From NCBI GenBank assembly GCA_011109175.1, contig RDEW01000019.1:158172-222171 (forward strand): a stretch of DNA of 64,000 nucleotides, written 5' to 3'. Source of the stretch: Dicyema japonicum. Its lineage: Eukaryota > Animalia > Dicyemida. The notes beneath the pieces are model-generated. The model saw nothing but the letters and a program-made list of their open reading frames with translations. It ran no database searches and was not told the origin of the DNA. Made by a program: the position numbers and the translations under genes. Position 1 is the first letter of the stretch, and the number at the start of each line of letters is the position of its first letter. This document shows, in pieces, positions 38,290-50,086 of this stretch.

Positions 38290-38655
38290 ACTAAAAGGCT
38301 TCTGAAGATCGTCCGTTACGGGAACGAGTTCTGACGGGAGATTGGTAGTTGAATAATCTGGTTCCTGAAGATCTTCAGTTATGGTGACGACTTCTGATGG
38401 AGATTGGTAGTTGGTTTTGAAGATCGCCAGTCATGGGGACGATTTCTGATGGGAAATCGGTAGTTGGTTCCTAAAGATCGTCAGTTATGGGAACAACTTC
38501 TGATAGAAGTTTGGTAGATAGGATTATTTTAGGAATTAGGTCTGCCTGTTTGGGATCTTCTTCAGGTGAGGATGATGAGCTCTCGAGAGTATCGCTATCT
38601 ATGGCAGTTCCTTCGCTCGATGAAACATAGCTTGATGAACTTGAGTCATCCCCTA
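38290..38655 (-). pseudogene. Decayed Ser/Thr/Pro-rich coding segment with four 54-bp-type repeats
   Basis: After a GT-AG intron: DDSSSSSYVSSSEG... then EPTTxxPSExVPxTxDLQ units. One unit has TAG where the others have CAG/CAA, and others carry indels. Confidence 0.5.
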
Positions 38656-39939
38656 AAATTATAGAAATGAGTAAATACCACGATTAGGTCTTACAATCAT
38701 TTTTGCCATCTTGGAGGTGGCAAAAACTCTCTATCAGAGTAATCCAATGTCGTTAAATTTGGAATATTTTCTCGAATTTCTATATAAAATTACTAGTTTT
38801 TGAGGGAATTTCTGAGTCTACAGTGGTCACTTTCATTTGGTCCTCATCTGACAACTCTTTAATGGTGGTAGAACCTTGTATTCTATATATGAGGCATGTG
38901 TTACTACTCGATTTTGGGAGTTCGTATCTTTCCATATAATCCTTCTTTCTCTGACGTATGTAAGCAGGTACAATGATTGTCTGATACCGTGGAGTTGTTT
39001 CTTTGAATAAGTTAATCACTGACAATTTGTCCCCTATTTTTATGTAATCGTCAGGTGATGTCGTTTTTACGGTTGGCTTTCCCTTCATTCTTCGGTTTTT
39101 ACGCTGCTGGATATTTATATACATATATTTCAAATTAGTCAATTTTTTTCTTGTTTGGCCAATTATAAAATAACTAAACTTTCCAAGTTTAACAATTAAT
39201 CAAAGTGGGGGCAAAATTAGTTTTCCTTCGGAGGAATAATCTATGTCAATGTTTCTCAACCTTTTTTTCTGGTGACCCCTAAATCTAGAAAATATTTTCC
39301 GGGACTTCTAATTTTTGATATTCAAATTGAACTAATATTTTTATTCAGTCAACCCTCGCAAATTGGTTCCTTAGAATTTTGTGGCCAATTTGAGGAAATA
39401 AAATCAATAATTTTAAAAAGCAATTTTTTGTAAAATTCCTTAAATGAACAAAAAACATTTTTAAGTTTTATAGCTTCTACGAAATCATTTGAGTCCGGAA
39501 ACTTTTCTCTATGTTATATAACTTGTATAGAACTATTCCTGATTTATGGCTTTAAAGGATGGTTTGAAAGTGATGAGAGAAGTATTCTAGTAGAGCTTCT
39601 TGATAGGTCGAGGAGATATGCTATTAAACTGGCATATGGATTTGATTTAAAATCTAAATTACCGCCTAGTTATGAGAGATGCGCAATATCTATTGAAAAA
39701 ATATTGCACCACTTGAAAAAACAATTATTGTTCTGGTGCAAGGGGTCAATATTTCGAAGAGGAGACATATGATGTCTCGTTATACCGGACCCCACCAACT
39801 AGGACAAACTCATTGGCTTCTCCATGTTCAATTAGTTTTTAATTAGTAACGAGTTTGTTATGTCAATAAGATTATCTATCTAATCCATGAAACGTGATGA
39901 AAATTCTAATCTCAATTCCATAACCAACATCCCCCTGTT

Positions 39940-40580
39940 TGTTGCCGGGGGCGTCATCCGAGAGCGGTGCCTGGCTCAACGTCATTCCCAATGTAGTTTT
40001 GGTACCTTCCTGGATGATGAATGCGTTCGTATTGGGATCTCATTACGACTAGGATTAAAAGTCTGTGTTCACATCTGTGCCGATGCGAGACTAGATCGAC
40101 TGTTTTGGCTCTCATTCTCCCACAGGAAGAGTGCAGACAGATTTCCCAGACACATGGCCTTGTACGAAGTCGTTAAGCGAGCTCTGGACGCCCCCGGACA
40201 TCCCTCCATGCCCGAACCAGTCGGTCATGCAGGCGGGAAAAGACCAGATGGATGACAATCTTCCCTTTTGAAGTCGGGAAACATTGTCTGGGACGTCACC
40301 TGCACCGACACGTTTGCCTCTTGAGCCTGTTCTGCTGCTGATAGGACCATTAGGTTGAAACTGTCAAAGTACACGGTCTTAGCCAATGATTTTTTTGTTC
40401 GTTCCAATCTCGGGTGAGACGCTGGAATTCTTGAGTCGTCTAGGGAATCGGATTTCTACATGATCAGGAGACCCTCGTGAGCGCTGCTGATTATTTAAGC
40501 GAATCTCGCTCGCCATCCTGAAAGCGAATAGCCACGCAGTCAGGGCAGCCCCATATGACTATTGCTCTCTTTTCTCCTAA
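39940..40580 (+). mobile_element. CRE-clade LINE 3' fragment
   Basis: GTFLDDECVRIGISLRLGLKVC...RFPRHMALYEVVKRAL...GKRPDG. Confidence 0.75.
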
Positions 40581-41160
40581 ATAAAATATTTTAAAATTAA
40601 AAAAATTCCTTAACTATGTTTGCATATTCATGAGCATCGGTAGGATTCGTATAAAGAAAATTCACAAAATGTGTCATATTTCATTTTTGTAATTGTAATT
40701 CTCACAACGTCATTTTCTTTTCAAAAGCAGTGATTTGGACATATGTATAAATTAATTACTTCTTTGTAGTTTCAAATTTAGGTCATATAAATGCAAAGTT
40801 ATCGGTTCCTGTCACTGTACTCATCATTGTAATGACTTTGACAAATTCTTCAAAAATGTGGAATGTTTCAGTTATCCCTCGTACAAATACGGTAAGTTAA
40901 GAAGTATCTCCTGTCGGTACTAGTATCCAATGCGATTGAAAATTATTCAAAATTGTCCTTAGATTGCAACAAAATTCCATCAATAACATAAATTCTCTGT
41001 TATAAATTAGTTATATTTTCCTGACTTGAGGACTTGCTCACGTTGGTTTTCTCAGTCAAAAGGATTACCAATACGAAATACGAAATGAATTTTTATTACA
41101 TCCAGTCGAGATAGGCTATTTTTCTTCTAAAAGATCCCGCGTATGGATCTTGCAGATGTA

Positions 41161-42866
41161 CAGTCCGACCCCGAATTGGGGCACCAAGTGCCCCAAAAAG
41201 CGGGTGCCTCAAAAACAGGGGTTTAATAAAACAGAAATTTTAAACATCAAAAATCAAATTTAGAAAAATAATCAGTTAATTTATCCCCAGTTATCCTTTT
41301 ACTTCTTACATTTTTCATAAAATTAAGTCGAAAATCGTAAAATTCTTTGAGCATTTCAGGAGATATGTAAAAAATTTTCTTCTCTAACTGATCAAGAGAA
41401 TCTTGCGTTTCTTTTAGAATTGTTTCCATGTTATTGTTTTCTAAACCTTCGTTGTAAATATTATCAACGAATTCGTCACTTTCCCCATTCAATGTTTCGT
41501 TTACGGCATTGTTGATCATTTCTTCTGTAATGGTATCTTCAATTTTTACGGAATCACGAATCTTTTCAATTTGATTCCAACAATTAAATATTAAACTTGG
41601 ATCAAGTTTTTCCCAGCTTTTAGAAATTAGCAGAATTACATGACGAAGGTTTATTTTGTTTATCAACCGTTTGAATTCATCATCATCCTCCTCAAAACAC
41701 AAATACTGAATCAGATAATTTGAGTAATAATCTTTAAAGGTCTTGATAATTCCCATATCCAATGGTTGCAAATACGGTGTTGTATTTTTTGGCAAAAATA
41801 AAAACTCAATATTTGAGCATTCAATAGTTTTATGACATCCCGCATTATCAAGCAATATTAATACTTTTCTGTTGATTGTATAAAATCTTTCATTTATCCG
41901 AGTCAACCAGCTCATAAAAATATTTCCAGTCATCCATGCATTTTTAGAGGATGAATATGAAATTCCAAAATCTTTCACATTGAAATTTTTGAGACATCGA
42001 GGGTTTTTAAATTTTCCAACAATCAATGGCTCAAGTTTTTCCCCCATGGAATTGCAACAAAGAAGTACAGTGACTCTTTCTTTTCCCTGTTTAAAGCCAA
42101 AAGTATCGTCATTTATTCCGACAAAAGACTTTCGTGGAGTCCTTTTTATATAAAGAGCAGTTTCATCACAATTAAAAACATTTTGTCTTCCATATTGAAT
42201 AATTTTATCAAGAATTTTAAAAAACTCATTGATGTAAGTCAAGTCACATGAATTTTTTTCTCCACAAATTGATTTAAATTTCAGTTCATGTCGCTTTTTA
42301 AATCTGTCAAGCCAGCCGTTTGAAGCTTTGAAAGTATCAAATCCAATTTTTGAAGCCGTATATAAGGCAATTTTCTTTATGAAAGGACCTGATATTGGAA
42401 CCTTATCTTCTCATAGTTTCTGAAATATTTCAAAAACATGATCATCGAATTTAGAATTCTCACAATAAGGCATAGGATCCTCATCCGTGTTTAAAGTCCC
42501 TTGTTCAAGAAAAGGTACAATTGTTTTTTTATTCGCGAAATCATGCTTTTAGTAGTTTCGTATTTTTTAATTATTTGTCTTTCAGATAATTTGTTCTTCA
42601 ATATTAATTTAGCAATCGTTAATTTTGTTTCGTAGTTGATACCATTCACAACAAAAAATGTAAATAAACGTGTAAATTAAAATTATATATTTATTAATAA
42701 AATATAATTTTATTTACTTATAATTTCATTCCTCACAATTTTATAGTGCCCCAAAATTTCCATTTTTTTATCGATTTTCCATTTTACTCTGCCAAAATGT
42801 TGGCCAAAAAAAATGCCCCAAAATGCGGGGTGCCCACCCCTGTCTGCCCCAATTCGGGTCGGACTG
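41161..42866 (-). mobile_element. pogo/Tigger-like DNA transposon with DDE_1 transposase (5' part disrupted)
   Basis: TIRs CAGTCCGACCCCGAATTGGGGCA / TGCCCCAATTCGGGTCGGACTG, TA on both flanks. Motifs FKASNGWLDRFKKRH, NCDETALY, LLDNAGCH, LQPLDMGII. A stop and a frameshift lie in the HTH region. Confidence 0.92.
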
Positions 42867-42883
42867 TACTAATGTTTTTAAAC

Positions 42884-44150
42884 CAGGGTTGTTAGATTTA
42901 AATCATTTGATTTTAATCAATAATCTAAATCATTTAAAAGATAATTTTTTTTAATGTCTGGTACAAAGCGTGATGCCTTATGGGTTCAACTCGATAAATG
43001 TATTATTCCTGGAAAGACCGAGATTCGAGCCAGAAACCGCAATTGCGGAACGAGGTACTAGGTCTCGGATGAGGCAGCATCATTTGTTCAGTCAAACTAA
43101 TATTGATATCTTTGAAAATCTGTCGAAACCTGAAAGTGACATGATGAACGAATTACTCCCAAGGACGAGGGACCATTCTTTAATCGACTTCGTTACTACG
43201 ACGACGTCATCAAAGAAAAATTTGATTGATATGCAACTAGCTAGATACATATATTCCAGTAACACTCCTTTTGCTGCTGTAGAACATCCGGAATTTGTCC
43301 AAATGCTTCTTCCTGGGTATCGTTTACTCTCTCGTCATCAAATTGGTGGTTCATTGCTCGGTCGTGTGTACGACCAAATACATTAAGACTGTCGGCAAAG
43401 ACACCAAGGACAAGATAGCGTCTATGATGTTGGACGGGTGGAGTAACATTCATAATGAACCTGTTATTTGTGTGTCAGTTGTAACATCGGATGGAGAAAG
43501 CTGTCTAATTGACAATGTGGACACCTCTGGATATAGCTACACCGCGGAGTATCTTCAATCTGTTGCTTTAGCCTCTGCAATTTGAAAAGAACTTGAACAG
43601 ACTTATATTGACTATGAATTTACGACTATTCTAGAAAAAGTGAAAACTCGAGCAGATCAAGCATTAACACTTTCCACTTACTTGCGAATCTAATGGACCC
43701 AACACGTTGTGGGAGATCTCTTTCAACTGCTGAGATTTACCTCGCCTTGGAGTATTGTGCTGAACATCACAAATATGCTCTTCCGACTCTGATTAATTTC
43801 AGAGCAAAAGCTGATCCATTCAAACTATACATGTTCGCTCCGAATTTATTGAACAAAGTATCATCTATAGCTTGGTGGGAGTCGTACTCTTACCAGTTAC
43901 CTCTAAAGTAATTTCACTCTGCAAAAAATCTTTTGGAGCAGTTGCTTCCACAGGTGGAATAGAACGAATTTTTTAAAAAGCTGCCAAACTTAACTTTGTT
44001 TACGAGCATTTAAATAAATAAATACGATTTCCATTGTTTTTATTTTTATTTTACTTTGATTCCGAATAAAAATCATTTAATTCAAAAAAATCCTGTTTAA
44101 ATCAAAAAAATCCTATTTAATTCATAAAAATCAGATTTTTAACAACCCTG
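42884..44150 (+). mobile_element. Internally deleted hAT transposon
   Basis: 11-bp TIR CAGGGTTGTTA / TAACAACCCTG. 8-bp TSD TTTTAAAC / TTTTAAGC (7 of 8). Transposase remnants FAAVEHPEF, LLSRHQIGGSLL, MLDGWSNIHNEPVI. Confidence 0.88.
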
Positions 44151-44569
44151 TTTTAAGCCCATTAATTCTACATAGGACTAATGGCAAGAATTTGTGATTG
44201 ACAAACTTATGAATTATGCTTGGACAAACGAATTAAACATCAAGGGCCCTGGGTGAATAGGATTGAGGGTCCCTTCAGACTGGAAATCAAATACATCTCA
44301 CTAATGAAGGATAATTTCTTAACGGAAGAGTTTCGTTGTGAATGAGAAATATGTTTAAGTGAATGGTGTAAGGGGGTATTTGTTCTGAATATTTGTAAGG
44401 TATATCAAACATGGTCACGTGGTTTTCCTTAAAATATTTGTAGGTATATCAAATATGGTCACGTGCCGCCTTGCGAGACAATTTCGCTCCATGGCGACGA
44501 GTTTTAGAATTGACCTGAACTCCCAGGAAGACGCGCTTGAGAGAGGATTTTGCTATCAAGGAATTAGTT

Positions 44570-46680
44570 AGTTTGGTTTACCATTGGTCTTTGGAATAAT
44601 TTAATTTAACTCAATAGTAGAGTCGGACAAAGAAATTACTGCGTCGGCGGGAAACTCTGGTCTTCTACACAAAAGAGAATCATTTGCTACTCTCCTTTAG
44701 AGGAGTCGATAGAAACAATGGAATAGGTTTTCTTCGTTTCTGCAATAAACCAGAAAACTCATTTAGGAAGGCCTAACCATAGGGAAAAATTCCGATTAGT
44801 CCCGAAGAAGGACACTTGCATCGAGTTCCTCTACAGAAAAAGAATCTCCCGAAAGTGGTGGAATTGCTGGGAGAATCATGGAAAAAACTGGAATCAATTA
44901 ATTAATTAGCTTTAGCACCGTTTTTTTCCGTGATCTTTGGGTGTATAGATAAAATAATCAGTGACAGGTCGTAATGTTCCATCCCCCAGTAGATAGTGGC
45001 CATTGCTGCTGAGGAGCTTATTCCCAGATGCTCTGAAAGCCACCCGCTGTTCGTGAGGGTCTTATCTATGGATCTAGTGATAAGTTCGGTTAGTGGACTT
45101 GAAATGTCTAAATTTTTATTACAGATCCCTTTGATCCTTTTAATAACAGGCACTGAATGCCAATTTTGACAGAAATTTGAGTGTTCTGCGGGAGAAGGCG
45201 TATTATTTAAGGTCGTATGGGTGAAGAAAGCTCTTTAGAACTTCCATAAGTTTTCCCGGAGTATCGAATCGAATGCAAGAGACATATCAATGCCAAGTAT
45301 TTCAATAGATTTTTATACTATTGGCATAAAGCACAATACCATCTGTGCCCCCAGTGTGGCCTAGGTTATCGTGGACAGTGATCGAAGCCGAACTCCTCCC
45401 TCTGTTAATGAAGCGAATTCTTTGAACATCCTTGGTACGTCTTTATATTTCGTATTTTGGGAAATTTGATTATCTGCTTCACTTCTGGCAAAGGATTTTT
45501 GTGTTTGTTTGATTTTTATTAAAACTCTGCCTTTCTGCGCGGAGCTCGTTGATTTTTCCCGTCACTTGCTTGGAGCACTTTTTATTTTCAGCAAGGCTCT
45601 TTTTGTATTACAGAAAGTCGTCTTATATCCGGACTGCTTTGTTGTGACTGGGTTTGGGGGTGGGACCCAAAACACTAGAAGCTGTTTTTTTTGTATAGCA
45701 ACAACTATTTCTCCCATACATTATTTGCTGGTTGATTTTTGTTAATGGAGTTTATGTTTTTCCTTAGAGTTATACTATATCGAAGACTGGTAGATTATTC
45801 ATAACGTTGCCTCTCCTTGTCGTATCGTACTGAGGCGTTTTCCACGTATTTCATGAATTCTGTTTAATATTAGCAGAGCAACAACAAGTTTGTGATCGCT
45901 GCTAGTATCAAGTCCGCCATATGACCTCGAATTTTTCATGATAGCCTTCAGATGTTGTTTGCAGAGAATATAGTCAATCTGGTTGTATACTCGGATTGTG
46001 TTGTCTGATTTGTATTTTTTGGTGCCAACCCAAGTGGTCTTGTGTCTTGTTGAGTGCTTGAAACAAGTAGGTTGAACGCCAGAAAAATTGTATCAATGAC
46101 TCTCCAAGAAGGTTGCGATGATTCTTTCCGTGTGTTTCAATACAAGTTTCCCCTGGTATGGCTTTTCCAGCTCTGGCGTTCCAATCCCGGTGACAAGGAG
46201 AATGTAAGATGACGAAAGCGAGTTGTATACACTAGTGAGAGTAGAGTAAAATGTTTCCAGGTAATTCGATATTTGTTGAGACTCGCGCTCTTTTTGGGGC
46301 ATATATATTTATAATGGAAATGACTGAGTTGATTTTATTTCCGCATTTGATTTGCAGCAGTGCGACGCGGTCAGAATGTGCCCACACTCTTGTAACACAG
46401 TGAATCAGGTCCTGATGGACTGCAAATCCAATACCATATTGACAACAGGCCGATGTGAGGGTAAATAGGTTGAGTTGCAATACATTTCTGCACATTGTAA
46501 GGTTGTTTGTCTCTTGTAGAGAGCAAAGAGAGATGTTGTATTTTGCTAGATCACATGTCAGTTGGTGTTTCTTGAGGTTGTTTAATTCCACAGCATTCGA
46601 AAGTTCCCAGAGTGAACGGGGAAGTTTTTAACGAATACGAATAAGACATAATGCAATAGAGATGTCGTCACCACCTCGTC
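44570..46680 (-). mobile_element. RTE-clade LINE (APE + RT), degraded
   Basis: CSLQET, GIGFAV, IINIYAP (ORF 46232-46591), NQIDY and SDHKLV; then GIDMSLAFDSI at about 45280. Confidence 0.75.
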
Positions 46681-47347
46681 TCTACCTCAACAAAAAAATT
46701 TTATATTTTAACAAAAAATTAAACCAACTATTCATTTTTAAAAACTTTTTATACTAATTAGGTCAACAATTTAATTTTTTAGGTCAATTTAAATAATTTC
46801 TATCATTTTCATCATACAAAACCATAATTTTGGATAGAATTGAACAGTCTGAATGAAGCGTTCAACAAACATTCGACTCTGCGGATTGTTAGGGCATCAA
46901 TGTTAAAATTTTTGTAATTTCAAAAATTCGGTCAAATAATTATTTTTAGGGCAATAAGAAAAGATTTTCATTTTTGATTATTGAAAACTGAGATAATCAT
47001 TGACATCAAAAATATGTGCACAAATTCTAATCGGGAAGAATTCAGATTTCAATAAGATATTTCCAGAAAGTATATTACTCATAAAATTGTCATCCATTCA
47101 TTTTAAAATTGGGAAAAGTAAATTTTTTTGAAACCTAATCGCTGATTAGGACTACAATCTGATAGCAGTCTTGGAAACAAAAATCTTTATTTCCATTAAA
47201 ATTATAGTGAACGGTAATTATTGTTGGAGACTCTGTAGAAAAAAATTAACAAGAAAAGATAAAAATAACCCAAATATGATTATCTAATTAAATAAATATA
47301 CTGGGTTAAATTAGTGACTATATAATCGAATATATCGTTATAATTTA

Positions 47348-49188
47348 ATGATATCGGTTTATTGTACATTATTTTTAATAATAAAATCTAGTGATATTCG
47401 TATACTCAGGATTTGTACTCGGGAAATATATATGGGAATGTGAATAATTATTATTTAGGACTTTTACTTAGATCCTTATGCAAACAGATATCAATGGAAA
47501 AGTATATTTTTAAATTCTCATAGAAGATATAAGTGCGGAAGATCGTCAATCTAGAAAAACAGGTTAGATTAATGATTAATCCAAGAACCTCCAATGACAA
47601 CATCTCCAAAAGGTTTGATTCCTTTTTATTTCAAGAAACAATGAACTTAATAACTACCACTGGTTTGTTAATAAAACTTTATTCTAGAATCTCCAATGAC
47701 ATCATCTTCAGGAGGTTTGATTCCTTTGTATTTCAAGAAACAATGAACTTAATAACTACCACTGGTTTGTTAGTAAAACTTTATTCTAGACTCTCCAATG
47801 ACATCATCTTCAGGAGGTTTGATTCCTTTTTATTTCAAGAAACAATGAACTTAATAACTACCACTGGTTTGCTTCAGTAAAACTTTATTCTAGACTCTCC
47901 AATGACATCATCTTCAGGAGGTTGATTCCTTTGTATTTCAAGAAACAATGAACTTAATAACTACCACTGGTTTTTTACTAAAACTTTATTCTAGAATCTC
48001 CAATGACATCATCTTCAGGAGGTTTGATTCATTTTTATTTCAAGAAACAATGAACTTAATAACTACCACTGGTTTTTTATAAAACTTTATTCTAGACTCT
48101 CCAATGACATCATCTTCAGGAGGTTTGATTCATTTTTATTTCAAGAAACAATGAACTTAATAACTACCACTGGTTTTTACTAAAACTTTATTCTAGAATC
48201 TCCAATGACATCATCTTCAGGAGGTTTTGATTTCCTTTATATTTCAAAGAAACAATGAACTTAATAACTACCACTGGTTTTTTACTAAAACTTTATTCTA
48301 GAATCTCCAATGACATCATCTTCAGGAGGTTTGATTCATTTTTATTTCAAGAAACAATGAACTTAATAACTACCACTGGTTTTTTAATAAAACTTTATTC
48401 TAGAATCTCCAATGACATCATCTTCAGGAGGTTTGATTCATTTTGTATTTCAAGAAACAATGAACTTAATAACTACCACTGGTTTGTTAGTAAAACTTTA
48501 TTCTAGATCTCCAATGACATCATCTTCAGGAGGTTTGATTCCTTTGTATTTCAAGAAACAATGAACTTAATAACTACCACTGGTTTGTTAGTAAAACTTT
48601 ATTCTAGACTCTCCAATGACATCATCTTCAGGAGGTTTGATTCTTTTTATTTCAAGAAACAATGAACTTAATAACTACCACTGGTTTGTTACTAAAACTT
48701 TATTCTAGAATCTCCAATGACATCATCTTCAGGAGGTTTGATTCATTTGTATTTCAAGAAACAATGAACTTAATAACTACCACTGGTTTTTTACTAAAAC
48801 TTTATTCTAGAATCTCCAATGACATCATCTTCAGGAGGTTTGATTATTTTTATTTCAAGAAACAATGAACTTAATAACTACCACTGGTTTTTTACTAAAA
48901 CTTTATTCTAGACTCATCAATGACATCATCTTCAGGAGGTTTGATTCATTTTTATTTCAAGAAACAATGAACTTAATAACTACCACTGGTTTGTTACTAA
49001 AACTTTATTCTAGACTCTCCAATGACATCATCTTCAGGAGGTTTGATTCCTTTTTATTTCAAGAAACAATGAACTTAATAACTACCACTGGTTTTTTAAT
49101 AAAACTTTATTCTAGAATCACCAATGACATCATCTCCAGGAAGTTTTATTACTTATTTCAAGTAACACTGAAGTCACACGCAATTTAG
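47348..49188 (+). CDS. Predicted 36-exon micro-exon gene encoding a secreted mucin-like Ser/Thr-rich protein (about 334 aa)
   Basis: Exons 47348-47390, 47410-47439, 47472-47501, 47524-47562, then 31 repeat exons of 27 nt (one is 26 nt), and terminal exon 47163-style final segment 49163-49188. All introns are GT-AG and phase 1. Product MISVYCTLFLIIKSRFVLGKYIWEYPYANRYQWKKDISAEDRQSRKTEPPMTTSPK-(ETMNLITTT-[E/D]SPMTSSSG)n-ITLKSHAI*. The 5' exons are less certain than the array; no RNA evidence. Confidence 0.78.
47586..49162 (+). repeat. Tandem array, about 15.5 units of 102 bp
   Basis: Unit = 27-nt A block + 23-nt GT..AG + 27-nt B block + 25-nt GT..AG; 16 A blocks and 15 B blocks counted. Confidence 0.97.
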
Positions 49189-49897
49189 GCTTAATTAATT
49201 TAATTAATTATTGGGTTTTGGGTCTTTAATTGGGTTTTTTCTGAAAATCATTTATTAATCCACTTGCTTGCAAAAAGATTTTCAATAATACCTATATATG
49301 AATTTTAAATTATGTCGTTTGCTAGGTTTTTGCTAGCATTTTCTCTGCACTCCAACCTTTAGGTAATATAGACGCGATTGAAACTGGACGAAATGACTAA
49401 TTATCTGATGGTACTTGTCTGGGATGTCACGTGTAATATCATTTTGCCTAACAACTTAATAAAATGAATCCTTGAAGGACAGACCTGAATATATCAGTAT
49501 CTCGGAAGTATAGAATGCTGAAAACTTCCTTTTGATAAACGGAGATCTCTATCTTGAAAATTCGTATTTAATCCAAGCTCGTTATCGTTTCAACCAACAT
49601 TGACGTGATAATTTCTGAAGAGATCCATGACGCTAACCATTATGGACAATATGCTTCATGAGAATTATGTAGAAAATGATTTCGCTTTATTAAAAGCAGG
49701 TACCTTTTTCATCTAAGTGGGAACATTTTTTTCAGTTGCTTTTCTCACAACAGACATAATCACAACAAACACGTAATTTTTTAAATCTAAATATAGTTTT
49801 TAAATCGAACACCGTCAATTTCAATAGATTCTGGTGGCGGACAATTGATAGGACAATTGATAGAATCCTCAATTTTCCCAGGAATCACACTCATCAC

Positions 49898-50085
49898 TAG
49901 GGCGATTTTTGTCAATAAAGTCAAAAATTCATATGTTATTTAAAATTGTTTAAAACTTATTTTTAAAAAAAGAAGTAGTTTTTAATCAAAAATATTGTAT
50001 AAATCAAAAGTGATAAAGTCAAAAAATCAAAATTTTGTGTAATGTTAAAAAAGTCGAAATTTAATTTTTTAGGTAAATCTTATAA
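49898..50085 (+). mobile_element. Terminal fragment of the same hAT family as 12348-14198
   Basis: TAGGGCGATTTTTGTCAATAAAGTCAAAAATT matches the reverse complement of 14150-14198; interrupted by the R4-like stub. Confidence 0.65.
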
Positions 50086-50086
50086 A

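Noticed and set aside
47586-49162. CRISPR array or plain non-coding satellite
   Set aside because: There are no unique spacers, the context is eukaryotic and no cas genes are present. Block lengths, GT-AG ends and the distribution of variation fit exons and introns.
47586-49162. Minus-strand coding with reassigned stop codons
   Set aside because: It would need TAA, TAG and TGA all read through, yet neighbouring genes terminate at TAA, TAG and TGA normally.
47533-49188. ORF-track proteins MNLITTTGLLIKLYSRISND... as the real product (TPR- or LRR-like 34-mer)
   Set aside because: There is no TPR or LRR consensus, and the frame is broken repeatedly by indels that fall within the predicted introns.
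49610-49705. Trypsin-like HENY..NDFALLK motif
   Set aside because: Isolated short match without catalytic His or Ser context.
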